This document shows, in pieces, positions 51,101 to 60,407 of a stretch of 64,000 nt of DNA. The stretch covers positions 2,073 through 66,072 of the forward strand of contig CAZDPL010000001.1 in NCBI GenBank assembly GCA_964507345.1, in the 5' to 3' direction. The number at the start of each line of letters is the position of its first letter. The stretch's first letter is position 1. The notes beneath the pieces are model-generated. The model did not search any database, was not told where the DNA came from, and saw nothing but the letters and a program-made list of their open reading frames with translations. Source of the DNA: an uncultured Nitrososphaeria archaeon. GTDB taxonomy: Archaea; Thermoproteota; Nitrososphaeria_A; Caldarchaeales; Wolframiiraptoraceae. The translations under genes and the position numbers were made by a program.

Positions 51101-52313
51101 CATCATATGGTACGCCTTTAAGGGGCTTAGGGATAGAAGGACTAGAAGCGTCCTGACGATAATCGGGATAGCCATAGGAATAGTCGCGATCGTGACCTTG
51201 ATCTCGAACAGCCAAGGCTTCGATAACTTCCTCACCGACGTTCTCTCCAGGATAGGAAGCAACAATATCTGGGTGATCCCGGTTAAAGGCTCCCTGAAGT
51301 TCACGGACACGGACGTGATCATGCTTTCAAGAATCCCAGGGGTGAAAGCTTCCGCACCCTTCTATCTCAGTAGAGTTGTCTTGAGGTCGGGGTCCATCGA
51401 GAAGCAGGTAAACTTCATCGCAACGGATCCGAGGATCATAAAGCTAATTCTACCAGATCTAGAGCTTGGAGAAGGAGAGCCACTTCAGCCAACGGATATG
51501 GCCATAATCGCTCTCGGATACAAGGTCGCCCATCCCCCCGAAGACCCAAACAAGAGGATAAACCTCTACTCCTCGGTTACAATCTACGTTAAGCAGGGTT
51601 CGAAGATAAAGAGCAGAACCTTCACGGTTGGAGCAATCTATAAGGAATTTGGATCCACACCTTACCTCGATGTGGATAATAGCGTTCTAGGAACGGTTGG
51701 AGAGGCTAGAAGTCTCTTTGAGTATAACTATTATCCAGCGATAGTTCTCGTGGCGGAGAACCCTGATGCCGTCGAGCCGATAATCTCGATGCTCAGAAGC
51801 ATCTACGGCGACGACATAGAGATAATCAGCCCACTTACGATCGTGAGGAACGTTAGAGCGTTGATATCAAACTTCTCGATCTTCATGGTAATAGTTGCGA
51901 GCATTTCACTCATCGTCGCGGGAATAGGGATAATGAACACGATGATAATGTCCGTGATGGAGAGAACGAAAGAGATAGGAATTCTTAGAGCAATAGGATT
52001 CAGCCAGAAAGATGTCGCGTTAATTTTCTTAGCCGAAGCAGCTTTAATAGGGGTGATCGGAGGACTGCTGGGAATATTCCTCGGAGCAACCTCCTCGCTC
52101 ACCCTTGGAGACGTGTTCGCAAAAATGCTCCAAGTCAGGGAGGCGAGCACCCAAATAGCCCAAGCGCTACAAATCTCCTATACGCCCGTAATCTCCCCAG
52201 ATCTCCTCCTGGAAAGCTTCTTTTTCGCAATCTTCGTCGGAATCTTTTCCGGACTTTATCCAGCCATGAAGGCGGCGAGAATGGATCCAGTGCAAGCTCT
52301 CAGAGCCGAGTAA
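51087..52313 (+). CDS. ABC transporter permease (FtsX/MacB family)
   Basis: RSVLTIIGIAIGI, GIMNTMIMSVMERTKEIGILRAIG, YPAMKAARMDPVQALR. Confidence 0.95.
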   Translation: MKLLDIIWYAFKGLRDRRTRSVLTIIGIAIGIVAIVTLISNSQGFDNFLTDVLSRIGSNNIWVIPVKGSLKFTDTDVIMLSRIPGVKASAPFYLSRVVLRSGSIEKQVNFIATDPRIIKLILPDLELGEGEPLQPTDMAIIALGYKVAHPPEDPNKRINLYSSVTIYVKQGSKIKSRTFTVGAIYKEFGSTPYLDVDNSVLGTVGEARSLFEYNYYPAIVLVAENPDAVEPIISMLRSIYGDDIEIISPLTIVRNVRALISNFSIFMVIVASISLIVAGIGIMNTMIMSVMERTKEIGILRAIGFSQKDVALIFLAEAALIGVIGGLLGIFLGATSSLTLGDVFAKMLQVREASTQIAQALQISYTPVISPDLLLESFFFAIFVGIFSGLYPAMKAARMDPVQALRAE

Positions 52314-52390
52314 CAGAAACTAAACAACCTCCCATATTCTGATTCTTCGACTACATGTTTTAAAGATGAATTCTCCGAGACAAGAGCGAG

Positions 52391-52648
52391 ATGCAGGCGA
52401 AAATTTCCACATGGGATCAGGCGAAGGAACTCGGGCTACGAGAAGCCGAGAAAAGGCTTGGAGTAAAGATCGAGAAATACTGGCCCAATTCAATCAGCTT
52501 GGAGCCGACGACACATGGAGGCTTATGGGACGTGAGACTCGAACTCCAAGTAAAGAAGTCGCTTGGAAAGAAAGCGCTCATCCGAGTCTCGATGAAGCTA
52601 GATCCAAAAACAGGTGAAGTAAAAGAATTCAAAGCAGAGCAGTCTTAG
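52391..52648 (+). CDS. Small hypothetical protein (PepSY-like topology possible)
   Basis: 85 aa, helix then beta strands ending LDPKTGEV; TATA-like TTTTAAA upstream. Confidence 0.6.
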   Translation: MQAKISTWDQAKELGLREAEKRLGVKIEKYWPNSISLEPTTHGGLWDVRLELQVKKSLGKKALIRVSMKLDPKTGEVKEFKAEQS

Positions 52649-52711
52649 CCGGCTCAGCGAGGGCCATTTAACTTCACCTCCTCCGAACTCGGCAAATTCG
52701 TCATCGCCGGC
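52648..52711 (-). ncRNA. Box C/D methylation-guide sRNA, predicted 23S rRNA target
   Basis: Minus strand: gccggc g ATGACGA atttgccgagtt CGGA ggag GTGAAGT taaatggccctcg CTGA gccggc; 6-bp terminal stem; D' guide complementary to conserved LSU rRNA AACUCGGCAAAU. Confidence 0.85.
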
Positions 52712-52766
52712 AAGCGAAATAATATCGTCCTTGGATTTGACCTTTACTAGGAGGGAGGTGGCTTAA

Positions 52767-53327
52767 ATGCTATCGAAGCCGCCGATTTACGATGTTCCAG
52801 CTGAAGGCTACGATCAGCTCTACGGACGCGAGCAACTGGAGAAATATGAGCTGATAGCATTGAATCTTAGAAAGCTCTTAACCGATGTTAAGAATGTTCT
52901 GGACGTCGGATGCGCTACCTCACTTTTCGGAGAATATCTCCACGCGGTGGGCTACGATGGATTATACATCGGGATAGACGTGGACTTAGATAGGTTGAAG
53001 ATCGCAAAGAGCAAGCTAGGTGAAAGACTTATGCTGATTCAAGCAGATGCTCATAACCTCCCGATTAGAGATCGAGCAGTAGACTTCGCGGCATGCATAA
53101 CGGTCATACACCTCCTAGACGTTGAGAGGGCTTTAATGGAATTATTCAGAGTCTCGAAGAAGCTCATAGCGGTAACTCTCCTCAAAAAGAGGCTTGACCT
53201 AAAACCGAAACTTTTGAAAATATTTTCATCGATGAGCCGAAGCTGGTCACTGAAATACCTCTCAGTCCATAGAGTCAAAGACGAAATATTTATTCTCGAA
53301 AAAGTGAAGGAAGAATGTCGGCTCTGA
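52767..53327 (+). CDS. Class I SAM-dependent methyltransferase
   Basis: YDQLYGREQLEKY, VLDVGCAT, GIDVD, QADAHNLPIRD. Confidence 0.88.
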   Translation: MLSKPPIYDVPAEGYDQLYGREQLEKYELIALNLRKLLTDVKNVLDVGCATSLFGEYLHAVGYDGLYIGIDVDLDRLKIAKSKLGERLMLIQADAHNLPIRDRAVDFAACITVIHLLDVERALMELFRVSKKLIAVTLLKKRLDLKPKLLKIFSSMSRSWSLKYLSVHRVKDEIFILEKVKEECRL

Positions 53328-53332
53328 GAAAG

Positions 53333-54640
53333 TCAGGGTATCAGCCTGAATCTATCTCTTGGGAAGAGAACTACCTCCCTGATATTTTGTCTCCCGGTAA
53401 GCACCATGAGAAGTCTTTCGAATCCCAGGCCCCATCCAGCGTGAACCGGCATACCGTAATCATAGACTTTCAAATGCTCTTTAAACGAGTCGGGGTTTAA
53501 TCCCTGTTCTCTCAATCTTTTTTCGAGAAGACTTCTATCGGAGATTCTAGTTCCTCCAGAGGCGAGTTCGAGCCATCCATACATTAAGTCGAATGATTCT
53601 GAGACTTCTGGTCTATCTCGGCATGGCTGGATGTAGAATGGCTTAGAAGCTGTCGGGAAGTGGGTTATGAAGTAGTAGCCTCTATGCTTTTCTCCAAGCT
53701 TTCTGAGATGCGGCGTCTGGAAGTCCTCTCCCCATTCGAGCTCTTCTCCGAGTTCCTTAAGGAGTTCATCATACGTAAATCTCTCAAAAGGCGTCTTCGG
53801 AACATCCAGCTCCACGCCGAGAATTTTCAATTCTTTTTCTCTTTCCTCGAGAACTTTTTCGTGGACGTGCGCTATCATCTTCTCGAGAACCTTCATCACG
53901 TCGCTGTAATCCATGAAAGCTCCCTCGATATCAACCGAAGTGAATTCGCTTAGATGCCTTCTCGTATGCGACTCCTCAGCTCTAAAGAACGTTCCTATCT
54001 CGAAAACCCTCTCGAAAACGGTGGTTAATTCTTCTTTATACAGCTGCGGGCTCTGAGCTAGAAACGCTTTTCGATCGAAGTATTTGACTTCGAAGAGGGC
54101 GGCCCCTCCCTCGGTAGCGGTAGCAATTATCCTCGGAGTCCTAACTTCAATGAAACCCTCGCTTCTCAGATATTCTCTAATCGCCTCTAAAGCGGTTGAT
54201 GCTATCAGGAATATGGCCTTATTTTCGGGCTTCCTCAGATCTAGGATCCTATGATCAAGCCTGGTATCTATGTTGGCGGGAACTTTTCCAGTTACATCAT
54301 ATGGGATAGGGCGTTTAGCTCTTGCCAGCACCTCTATCCTCTCTAAGACAACTTCCACCCCCAACTTCGCCTTCGGCTGCTCCTTCACGGTGCCTTCGAC
54401 GTAGATCACGTCTTCGAAGCCGAGATCTTCAAGCTTTTGGAGCTCCTCCTCTTTCAAATCTTTCTTCTTTACCGTTATTTGGCAGATTCCAGAGATATCT
54501 CTGAGAAGGATGAATTTTATTCCACCTAGATCTCTTACGTCGTGAACCCATCCGAGAAGCTTAACTCTTTGCCCATCTATGGCTGGAGTTATCTCAGCCG
54601 ACTTGTGCGTTCTTTGAAACTTTTCTCGATCGGCCTTCAC
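53333..54640 (-). CDS. aspS: Aspartate-tRNA ligase (archaeal type)
   Basis: GWVHDVRDLGG OB domain, ATEGGA, LAQSPQLYK, FRAEESHTRRHLSEF, GLGFER, LFPRD. Confidence 0.96.
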   Translation of the reverse strand: MKADREKFQRTHKSAEITPAIDGQRVKLLGWVHDVRDLGGIKFILLRDISGICQITVKKKDLKEEELQKLEDLGFEDVIYVEGTVKEQPKAKLGVEVVLERIEVLARAKRPIPYDVTGKVPANIDTRLDHRILDLRKPENKAIFLIASTALEAIREYLRSEGFIEVRTPRIIATATEGGAALFEVKYFDRKAFLAQSPQLYKEELTTVFERVFEIGTFFRAEESHTRRHLSEFTSVDIEGAFMDYSDVMKVLEKMIAHVHEKVLEEREKELKILGVELDVPKTPFERFTYDELLKELGEELEWGEDFQTPHLRKLGEKHRGYYFITHFPTASKPFYIQPCRDRPEVSESFDLMYGWLELASGGTRISDRSLLEKRLREQGLNPDSFKEHLKVYDYGMPVHAGWGLGFERLLMVLTGRQNIREVVLFPRDRFRLIP

Positions 54641-55157
54641 GCCTTCTCCACCTTTTCTCGAAGTCTATGCTGAGCTTCATCTTCTTGACTTCTTCGACGA
54701 CGCGTATAAGTGATTCAGGGCTGACCTTTAAATTTCTCTCATGATCGAATATTATCCTAGTCTCCTCCGATCCGTCGGGAAGCCAGATCTTATTCACGGC
54801 CACGACTCTAGCCGGAGAAGCGATTCTTTCTATGAACTTTATCGGATCAGGGCTATCCTCTAGTATCCGTGTAGGCTTCTCAAGCTCCTCGGCCAAGCTC
54901 TTCCTAAGCTGAGCTAGTTCACGGAAATCTAGGCTTTGAAGGCTTCCCTCCCTTAGGACGACGAAGATAACATCTCCACCATCGACGGTCTTAACATATC
55001 CAGCCTTCTGAAGCTTAGTGATCTTCTTCTCGAGCTCAAGAAGCTTCTTCATCACCTTGATGTCTAAATCGGTATAGAGCCCCCTACGTAACTTCTCTGC
55101 GCACTGGGGGCAGAAAATGCCAGTCCTAAGATCGAAGGAGCATAATGGCAGGTCCAC
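54594..55157 (-). CDS. NusA-like KH-domain protein with N-terminal Cys cluster
   Basis: LPLCSFDLRTGIFCPQC...PARVVAVNKIWLPDGSEE, the archaeal NusA-paralog pattern. Confidence 0.78.
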   Translation of the reverse strand: MDLPLCSFDLRTGIFCPQCAEKLRRGLYTDLDIKVMKKLLELEKKITKLQKAGYVKTVDGGDVIFVVLREGSLQSLDFRELAQLRKSLAEELEKPTRILEDSPDPIKFIERIASPARVVAVNKIWLPDGSEETRIIFDHERNLKVSPESLIRVVEEVKKMKLSIDFEKRWRRREGRSRKVSKNAQVG

Positions 55158-55237
55158 CTACTCACCTCTACTATCAAACTTATCGCCCACGGGAATTTAA
55201 TCCTAAAAGCTAATGGAAATATTGGAGGGTGGGAGGT

Positions 55238-55516
55238 TTAACGCTTTAGCAGTATCTCGATGGTGCTGACGCTCACCGGCTGATTATTGGGGCCAGTAAG
55301 TTCCTGGGTTCCCAGCTTTATGTCGGCGATCTTGAGATCTTTGTAGAATCTCCTTTGAAGGACTTGAACGACGTCAACTGCTCGGCTGATGGCTCTGCCT
55401 CTGGCCTTAATTAGCAGCTGATTGGCGCCTCCTTGGAGAGTCGTCAGGCAGGCGAAGACATAGTTCATCAGCGGCTTCTTACCTACTAAAACGGTTGGAA
55501 TCTCGCTCTCGGACAT
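55238..55516 (-). CDS. albA: DNA/RNA-binding protein Alba
   Basis: VGKKPLMNYV, IKARGRAISRAVDV, VSTIEI. Confidence 0.97.
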   Translation of the reverse strand: MSESEIPTVLVGKKPLMNYVFACLTTLQGGANQLLIKARGRAISRAVDVVQVLQRRFYKDLKIADIKLGTQELTGPNNQPVSVSTIEILLKR

Positions 55517-55720
55517 TTTTCACACTCTCCGTGGGCTAATAGACGTATTTTCCTCCATCATAAATACATTCTCCTCCAAAATTGACAAGCCGATTTCAGA
55601 AATCTCAACAACATCTTTTTATCAGCAGCGTTGACTCTATAGAAGCCTACGCAAAGCTGGAGTAAATGAAAGCTCGAGAGAATAATCGCTATATTCTGGC
55701 ATTAATGCTTCTAAACCGGT

Positions 55721-55882
55721 ATGCCGATAAGGGATGCAGCTCTCCTACAATTGGCTCAGAAGAGGCGGCTCTACTATAAGATATGTAGAGAATGCGGAGC
55801 CCGAAACGCCCCAACCGCTGAGAAATGCCGAAAATGCAGAAGCTACAACCTGCGATGGAAGCGTAGAGAGATCAAGCGGTAA
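55721..55882 (+). CDS. rpl40e: 50S ribosomal protein L40e
   Basis: Not in ORF track; MPIRDAALLQLAQKRRLYYKICRECGARNAPTAEKCRKCRSYNLRWKRREIKR. Confidence 0.96.
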   Translation: MPIRDAALLQLAQKRRLYYKICRECGARNAPTAEKCRKCRSYNLRWKRREIKR

Positions 55883-55940
55883 TCCCCTAAATCATTAAGC
55901 TGAAATATTTTTCTAAGACATATACATACAGCTTGGATCG

Positions 55941-56013
55941 GGGCCGGTAGTCTAGAGGCTATGACGCCGCCCTCACACGGCGGAGGTCGTGGGTTCGAAT
56001 CCCACCCGGCCCA
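55941..56013 (+). tRNA. tRNA-Val(CAC)
   Basis: GGGCCGG/CCGGCCC acceptor stem, CCGCC-CT-CAC-AC-GGCGG anticodon arm, GGTTCGAATCC T arm; no intron, CCA not encoded. Confidence 0.97.
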
Positions 56014-56019
56014 TACCAT

Positions 56020-56748
56020 TTACTCAAACAATCTCCAAGAGCGCTGTAATCTGCTTAAGGAGCTCCATGGAAGAAGCTTGACGACTATATCCTTCGATAC
56101 AGCTTCAACTTCATCTCTAACTCTTTCATATGCCCTAGCTGGAGTAACGCCCAACTTTATGCTCAGTAGGTGCATGGTTAGAGTCAATGCTTGATGACTG
56201 GCGATAAGTGCGCCCACTCTCTGAAGAGCTAAGAGGCTTTCAACTTCCTGTGGAGCCATATTTAAAATCAATAGGCAGTCAAGCCCTCGAGCAGCCAATT
56301 CCTGCAGGAATCTCAATTGGAGCATTGAGGGAGCATCCGCTGAAATGCTCACAAGGGATCCTCGAAAGATTCCGATCCTTTCTAGGAAATCTTTCAATGG
56401 TTCTTCGTAGTGGCCTAGGGTTGCTGCAAACTTTTTGGTGGAAAATGCTTTTTGAATGCTTTCGCCGCGTGGAGTGGGATAGGCTACCCGGATCTTCGTC
56501 TCCGTAACCTCCTTTATGTATGCTAGATGAGGCGGCTTCTCGGAGGCTATGGGATTAATCTTAGTTTCCAGCCTTATTATTGACTTAAGCAGGATTTCGT
56601 CCTCGGCATTGATGATCATCCATCCATCAGCAGTCCGATCAACTTCCACGCTTCCGCCAGATGCTTCTTCGATGAGTTCTTGAAGTCTTTCTCGAAGCCT
56701 ATCTCCAAGATCCTCTCTCATATCAAGTCTTTCAGAGAGAACAAGCAT
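56020..56748 (-). CDS. Hypothetical protein (possibly distant DUF2110 family)
   Basis: 242-aa ORF divergent from tfe; family suggested mainly by tfe adjacency. Confidence 0.6.
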   Translation of the reverse strand: MLVLSERLDMREDLGDRLRERLQELIEEASGGSVEVDRTADGWMIINAEDEILLKSIIRLETKINPIASEKPPHLAYIKEVTETKIRVAYPTPRGESIQKAFSTKKFAATLGHYEEPLKDFLERIGIFRGSLVSISADAPSMLQLRFLQELAARGLDCLLILNMAPQEVESLLALQRVGALIASHQALTLTMHLLSIKLGVTPARAYERVRDEVEAVSKDIVVKLLPWSSLSRLQRSWRLFE

Positions 56749-56794
56749 GATTCCGCACCCTTTTTTAATATCCTTGCTATAAAATTATTGAGCT

Positions 56795-57349
56795 ATGCTT
56801 CTAATCATTGAGAAGGAAACCATAATCGAGCTTGCTAGGCTAGTCGGCGGAGAAGACGCCGCGAGAGTTATGAAGCTCCTCTTGAAAAAGCCTGGAATAG
56901 TCGACGAGGAAATAGCATCTAGATTGAAGCTCGATGTCCGAGAAGTAAGAAGAATACTTCATAGGCTTAATGAATTCGGGATCCTACATTATGAGCTCGC
57001 GAGGGATAAGGAGACGGAGCATAGGATCTTCAGATGGTATGTTCAACAAGAGCAGGTCATAGGACTCATACTCACAAATATGAAGAAGATACTCGATAGA
57101 TTGAAGGAAAAGCTAAAGGCGGAATCCGAGAACCAATTCTATTGGTGCGGGACGCTTGGCCACCCAAGGTTTCTCTTCAGTGAAGCCATGGATAAGCTCT
57201 TTAAATGCCCTGAATGCGGGAAGCCCCTCGAGCCCCACGAGAACAGCGAGCTAATAAAAGCCTTAGAATGGAAAATTCAAGAGATAGAGAAAGCCCTAGA
57301 GGAGATGACTAAGGTTAAGAAAGTTGAAGAGATACTGGAGAAGAAGTAG
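56795..57349 (+). CDS. tfe: Transcription factor E alpha subunit
   Basis: wHTH (DEEIA...EVRRILHRL) plus zinc ribbon FYWC...F.F.EAM...FKCPECG. Confidence 0.93.
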   Translation: MLLIIEKETIIELARLVGGEDAARVMKLLLKKPGIVDEEIASRLKLDVREVRRILHRLNEFGILHYELARDKETEHRIFRWYVQQEQVIGLILTNMKKILDRLKEKLKAESENQFYWCGTLGHPRFLFSEAMDKLFKCPECGKPLEPHENSELIKALEWKIQEIEKALEEMTKVKKVEEILEKK

Positions 57350-57355
57350 CCAAGC

Positions 57356-57925
57356 ATGCCGAAGATAACAGTTCTCAGATTAGGTCATAGGATCGCGAGA
57401 GATAAGCGGATAACAACTCACGTTGCTCTCGTAGCTAGAGCCTATGGCGCAGACGAGATAATAATCACAGGAGAGCGAGATGAGAAGATCATCGAGAGCA
57501 TTCGGAAAGTAGTTAACAACTGGGGAGGCAATTTCTCAGCAAGATTCGAGGATAGTTGGAAAAAGGTTATTACACAATGGACAAAAGCAGGTGGACTAGT
57601 AATCCACTTAACCATGTACGGCATAAACCTCCCAGACATAATCAATGAAATTCGAAGCCTATGGAACCGTGGCCGTGATCTCCTAATAGTCGTCGGCGGA
57701 GAGAAGGTTCCCGGAGAAATCTTCAAGCTAGCAGACTACAACATAGCGATATCAAATCAGCCACATAGCGAAGTAGCAGCTTTAGCAACTTTCCTCGACT
57801 GGCTCTTCGAGGGACAAGAATTAAAAAGAGAATTCCCCAACGCCAAGCTAAAGATAATCCCGAGCCCCAGAGAAAAGAAGGTTATAAGACTGCAGGAAGG
57901 AAACCGAGAAAAGAGGCCCATCTGA
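57356..57925 (+). CDS. trm56: tRNA (cytidine(56)-2'-O)-methyltransferase aTrm56
   Basis: LRLGHR..RDKRITTHV.L.ARA.GA, HLTMYG, GGEKVP, NQPHSEVAALA. Confidence 0.96.
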   Translation: MPKITVLRLGHRIARDKRITTHVALVARAYGADEIIITGERDEKIIESIRKVVNNWGGNFSARFEDSWKKVITQWTKAGGLVIHLTMYGINLPDIINEIRSLWNRGRDLLIVVGGEKVPGEIFKLADYNIAISNQPHSEVAALATFLDWLFEGQELKREFPNAKLKIIPSPREKKVIRLQEGNREKRPI

Positions 57926-57967
57926 TCTGAAAACATAAATCTTGGATAATTTCAAGGGAATAGCGGA

Positions 57968-58040
57968 GGGCCGGTAGTCTAGCGGCTATGACGCCGCCCT
58001 GACGCGGCGGAGGTCCCCGGTTCGAATCCGGGCCGGCCCA
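57968..58040 (+). tRNA. tRNA-Val(GAC)
   Basis: GGGCCGG/CCGGCCC acceptor stem, CCGCC-CT-GAC-GC-GGCGG anticodon arm, GGTTCGAATCC T arm. Confidence 0.97.
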
Positions 58041-58608
58041 TTATCCTCAAATTTTTCAAAAAAGCTTTAGGAATCAGTTTTCTACGGCATTTAACTTAAG
58101 AAAATAGTCATAAGCGATTTTTCAAGAGTTTTACCATGTGAAGCTGGTTCCATTGGAATAGCTATGGTTGGTGATGAGTGGGAATTTCTCCATTCATATC
58201 TAATACTGGAATGTGAGGAAAACTCGTTTACTATATCTGGATCATCATCACCTTGTATGACCGAGCGCGTTGAAGCAAGCTGGTATGAGATCGCATTTTT
58301 CCACAATGTTCGGTGTATTCAAGTTGTTAGATGCTCATTTGGCTGTGATAATTACTCATCTCACATTTAACATGCAAATCTCAACATGGATGATGAAGAG
58401 TTTCTTTGATGGAGTTTCTAAAGGCTTTGAGGGGTATGCCTTTTGGTTGTTGCGTTTTTGAAGAGGGTCTTTCAGGAAGCGTGTTGCCTGTAAGCTTGTC
58501 TGGTTTGATAACTATGTCGGCGATGCTTTTCATGCTTCATTCTAAATCGATAAATATTACTCTCCAACCAAACAGAGCTGGATACGTTCTAAGCGTCGGT
58601 GGGCATAA

Positions 58609-59409
58609 ATGATGGGTAACTTTAAGATAATCGTTCTGATTAAGCAGGTTCCAGATATTGAGAGAGTGCGATTTGATGTTGAGACTGGTAGGATTGATCG
58701 AAGTTCCGCTCCCGCTGAAACGAATCCCTTTGATCTTAATGCGCTTGAAGCAGCTCTGCAGATAAAGGAGAAGCATGGTGGCGAAGTTACGGTAATCAGT
58801 ATGGGGCCGAGGCAGGCTGAGTCATCTCTGAGGGATGCGTTGGCGAGGGGGGCTGACAGAGCTATACTCCTATCTGATCCGAAGCTTGCTGGAGCCGATA
58901 CTATAGCTACCGCGAGAGCCCTAGCAGCCGCCATCAAGAAAATTTCACAATACGATCTCATAATATGTGGAGAGAAAACGGTTGATGGAGATACTGGTCA
59001 AGTCGGCCCGGAGGTTGCTGAGCTTTTAGGTTTACCGCATGCAGCCTATGTCTGCGAGATCAGGGAGATCACCAAGGAGAAGATAACCGTGGTCTCAGAC
59101 ATGGGTGACAAATACCTCTATGAGCTGAAACTTCCCGCCCTACTCACGGTAACAAAGGAGCTTAACTCTCCGAGACTTCCAACCCTAAAGGACTTGTTAA
59201 AGGCGAGGAGGATTCCTGTGGAAGTTTGGACTGCTGAGGATCTTTCAGACTATGCTTCTCCCGGCGAGCTAGGTTATCAAGGCTCGAAGACGAGAGTCGT
59301 GAAGGTTGTGATCCCAACGACTGAGCATAGGAAGGGTATAGTCTTCCGAGGAGATGACGCCGTGGAGAAGATAGCAGAAATCTTACTCGAGGAGGGATTT
59401 GTAACATGA
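58609..59409 (+). CDS. etfB: Electron transfer flavoprotein beta subunit
   Basis: IKQVPD, NPFD, SMGP, GADTIAT, DGDTGQVGP, PRLPT. Confidence 0.95.
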   Translation: MMGNFKIIVLIKQVPDIERVRFDVETGRIDRSSAPAETNPFDLNALEAALQIKEKHGGEVTVISMGPRQAESSLRDALARGADRAILLSDPKLAGADTIATARALAAAIKKISQYDLIICGEKTVDGDTGQVGPEVAELLGLPHAAYVCEIREITKEKITVVSDMGDKYLYELKLPALLTVTKELNSPRLPTLKDLLKARRIPVEVWTAEDLSDYASPGELGYQGSKTRVVKVVIPTTEHRKGIVFRGDDAVEKIAEILLEEGFVT

Positions 59410-60407
59410 GTAAGGCAAAAGGTATACTCGTCTACGCGGAGACAACTGATTCAGAAATTCATCCAATCTCCTTCGAGCTTCTCGGAAAAGCACGCGAGAT
59501 AGCGGATAAGCTCAACTTCGAGGTTTGGAGCGTAATCCTCGGCCATAACATATCCGACAAAGCCTCAGAACTAATCTATCATGGAGCTGACAAAGTATAC
59601 GTGTATGATGATGAGCGGCTCCGAGACCTGAATGTGATAGCCTATAAAACCATACTAACGAGTTTAGTCAAGGAGATTGAGCCTGAGATTTTCTTGATAG
59701 GCGCGACACCTTGGGGAAGAAGCCTTGCACCACGAATCGCCGCAGCGCTCAATACCGGGCTTACCGCTGACTGCACAGATCTACAAGTCGATGAGAATGG
59801 TAAAATTATTCAGATAAGACCTGCCTTTACGGGAAATATTCTAGCTCACATAGAGACTGTTAGCAAACCCGTAATGGCGACCATAAGATACAAGGTTATG
59901 AAGCCGATTAAGCGCGACACGAGCAGAAAAGGCGAGATCATAACCAGGAAACCTGAAAAGATTGAAGCAGACGGGATAAAGTGTCTTGGAAAGATTTCGA
60001 GAAGAGAGGTAAATCTCCCTGATGCTGATGTGATCGTGGCTGGAGGCAGAGGCTTAAAGAAGAAAGATGACTTGAAGCTTCTTGAAGAATTGGCAGACCT
60101 CCTTGGAGGAGTTGTTGGAGTCAGCAGACCATTAGTGGATGAGGGCTGGATCTCGAAAGATCATCAAGTTGGATTTAGTGGAAATACAGTTAAGCCAAAG
60201 CTTTACATAGCTTGCGGAATTTCAGGCTCACCTCAACACCTCGCCGGAATGAGAGATTCGAGAATAATCATCGCGATAAATACTGATCCATCAGCACCCA
60301 TATTCAGACACGCGGATTACGGAGTCGTTGCAGATTTGTATGAATTTATACCGAGGTTAATAGCATTACTTAAAGAGGCGAAGAAGCGTGGAAAGCAAGG
60401 TTCTTGA
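59406..60407 (+). CDS. etfA: Electron transfer flavoprotein alpha subunit
   Basis: TGLTADCT, RPAFTGN, AGGRG, QVGFSG.TVKP, GISGSPQH. Confidence 0.95.
   Translation: MSKAKGILVYAETTDSEIHPISFELLGKAREIADKLNFEVWSVILGHNISDKASELIYHGADKVYVYDDERLRDLNVIAYKTILTSLVKEIEPEIFLIGATPWGRSLAPRIAAALNTGLTADCTDLQVDENGKIIQIRPAFTGNILAHIETVSKPVMATIRYKVMKPIKRDTSRKGEIITRKPEKIEADGIKCLGKISRREVNLPDADVIVAGGRGLKKKDDLKLLEELADLLGGVVGVSRPLVDEGWISKDHQVGFSGNTVKPKLYIACGISGSPQHLAGMRDSRIIIAINTDPSAPIFRHADYGVVADLYEFIPRLIALLKEAKKRGKQGS

Noticed and set aside
52630..52684. Perfect SD (GGAGGAGGTGA) plus ATG on the minus strand giving MALAEPAKTALL; also an apparent anti-SD for the methyltransferase
   Set aside because: Both are explained by the D'/C' boxes of the C/D sRNA at the same position
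55961..56194. 77-aa ORF starting MTPPSHGGGRGFESHP
   Set aside because: Spurious translation of tRNA-Val(CAC)
58091..58612. Several 60-70 aa ORFs on both strands
   Set aside because: Mutually overlapping with no recognisable family; at most pseudogene debris
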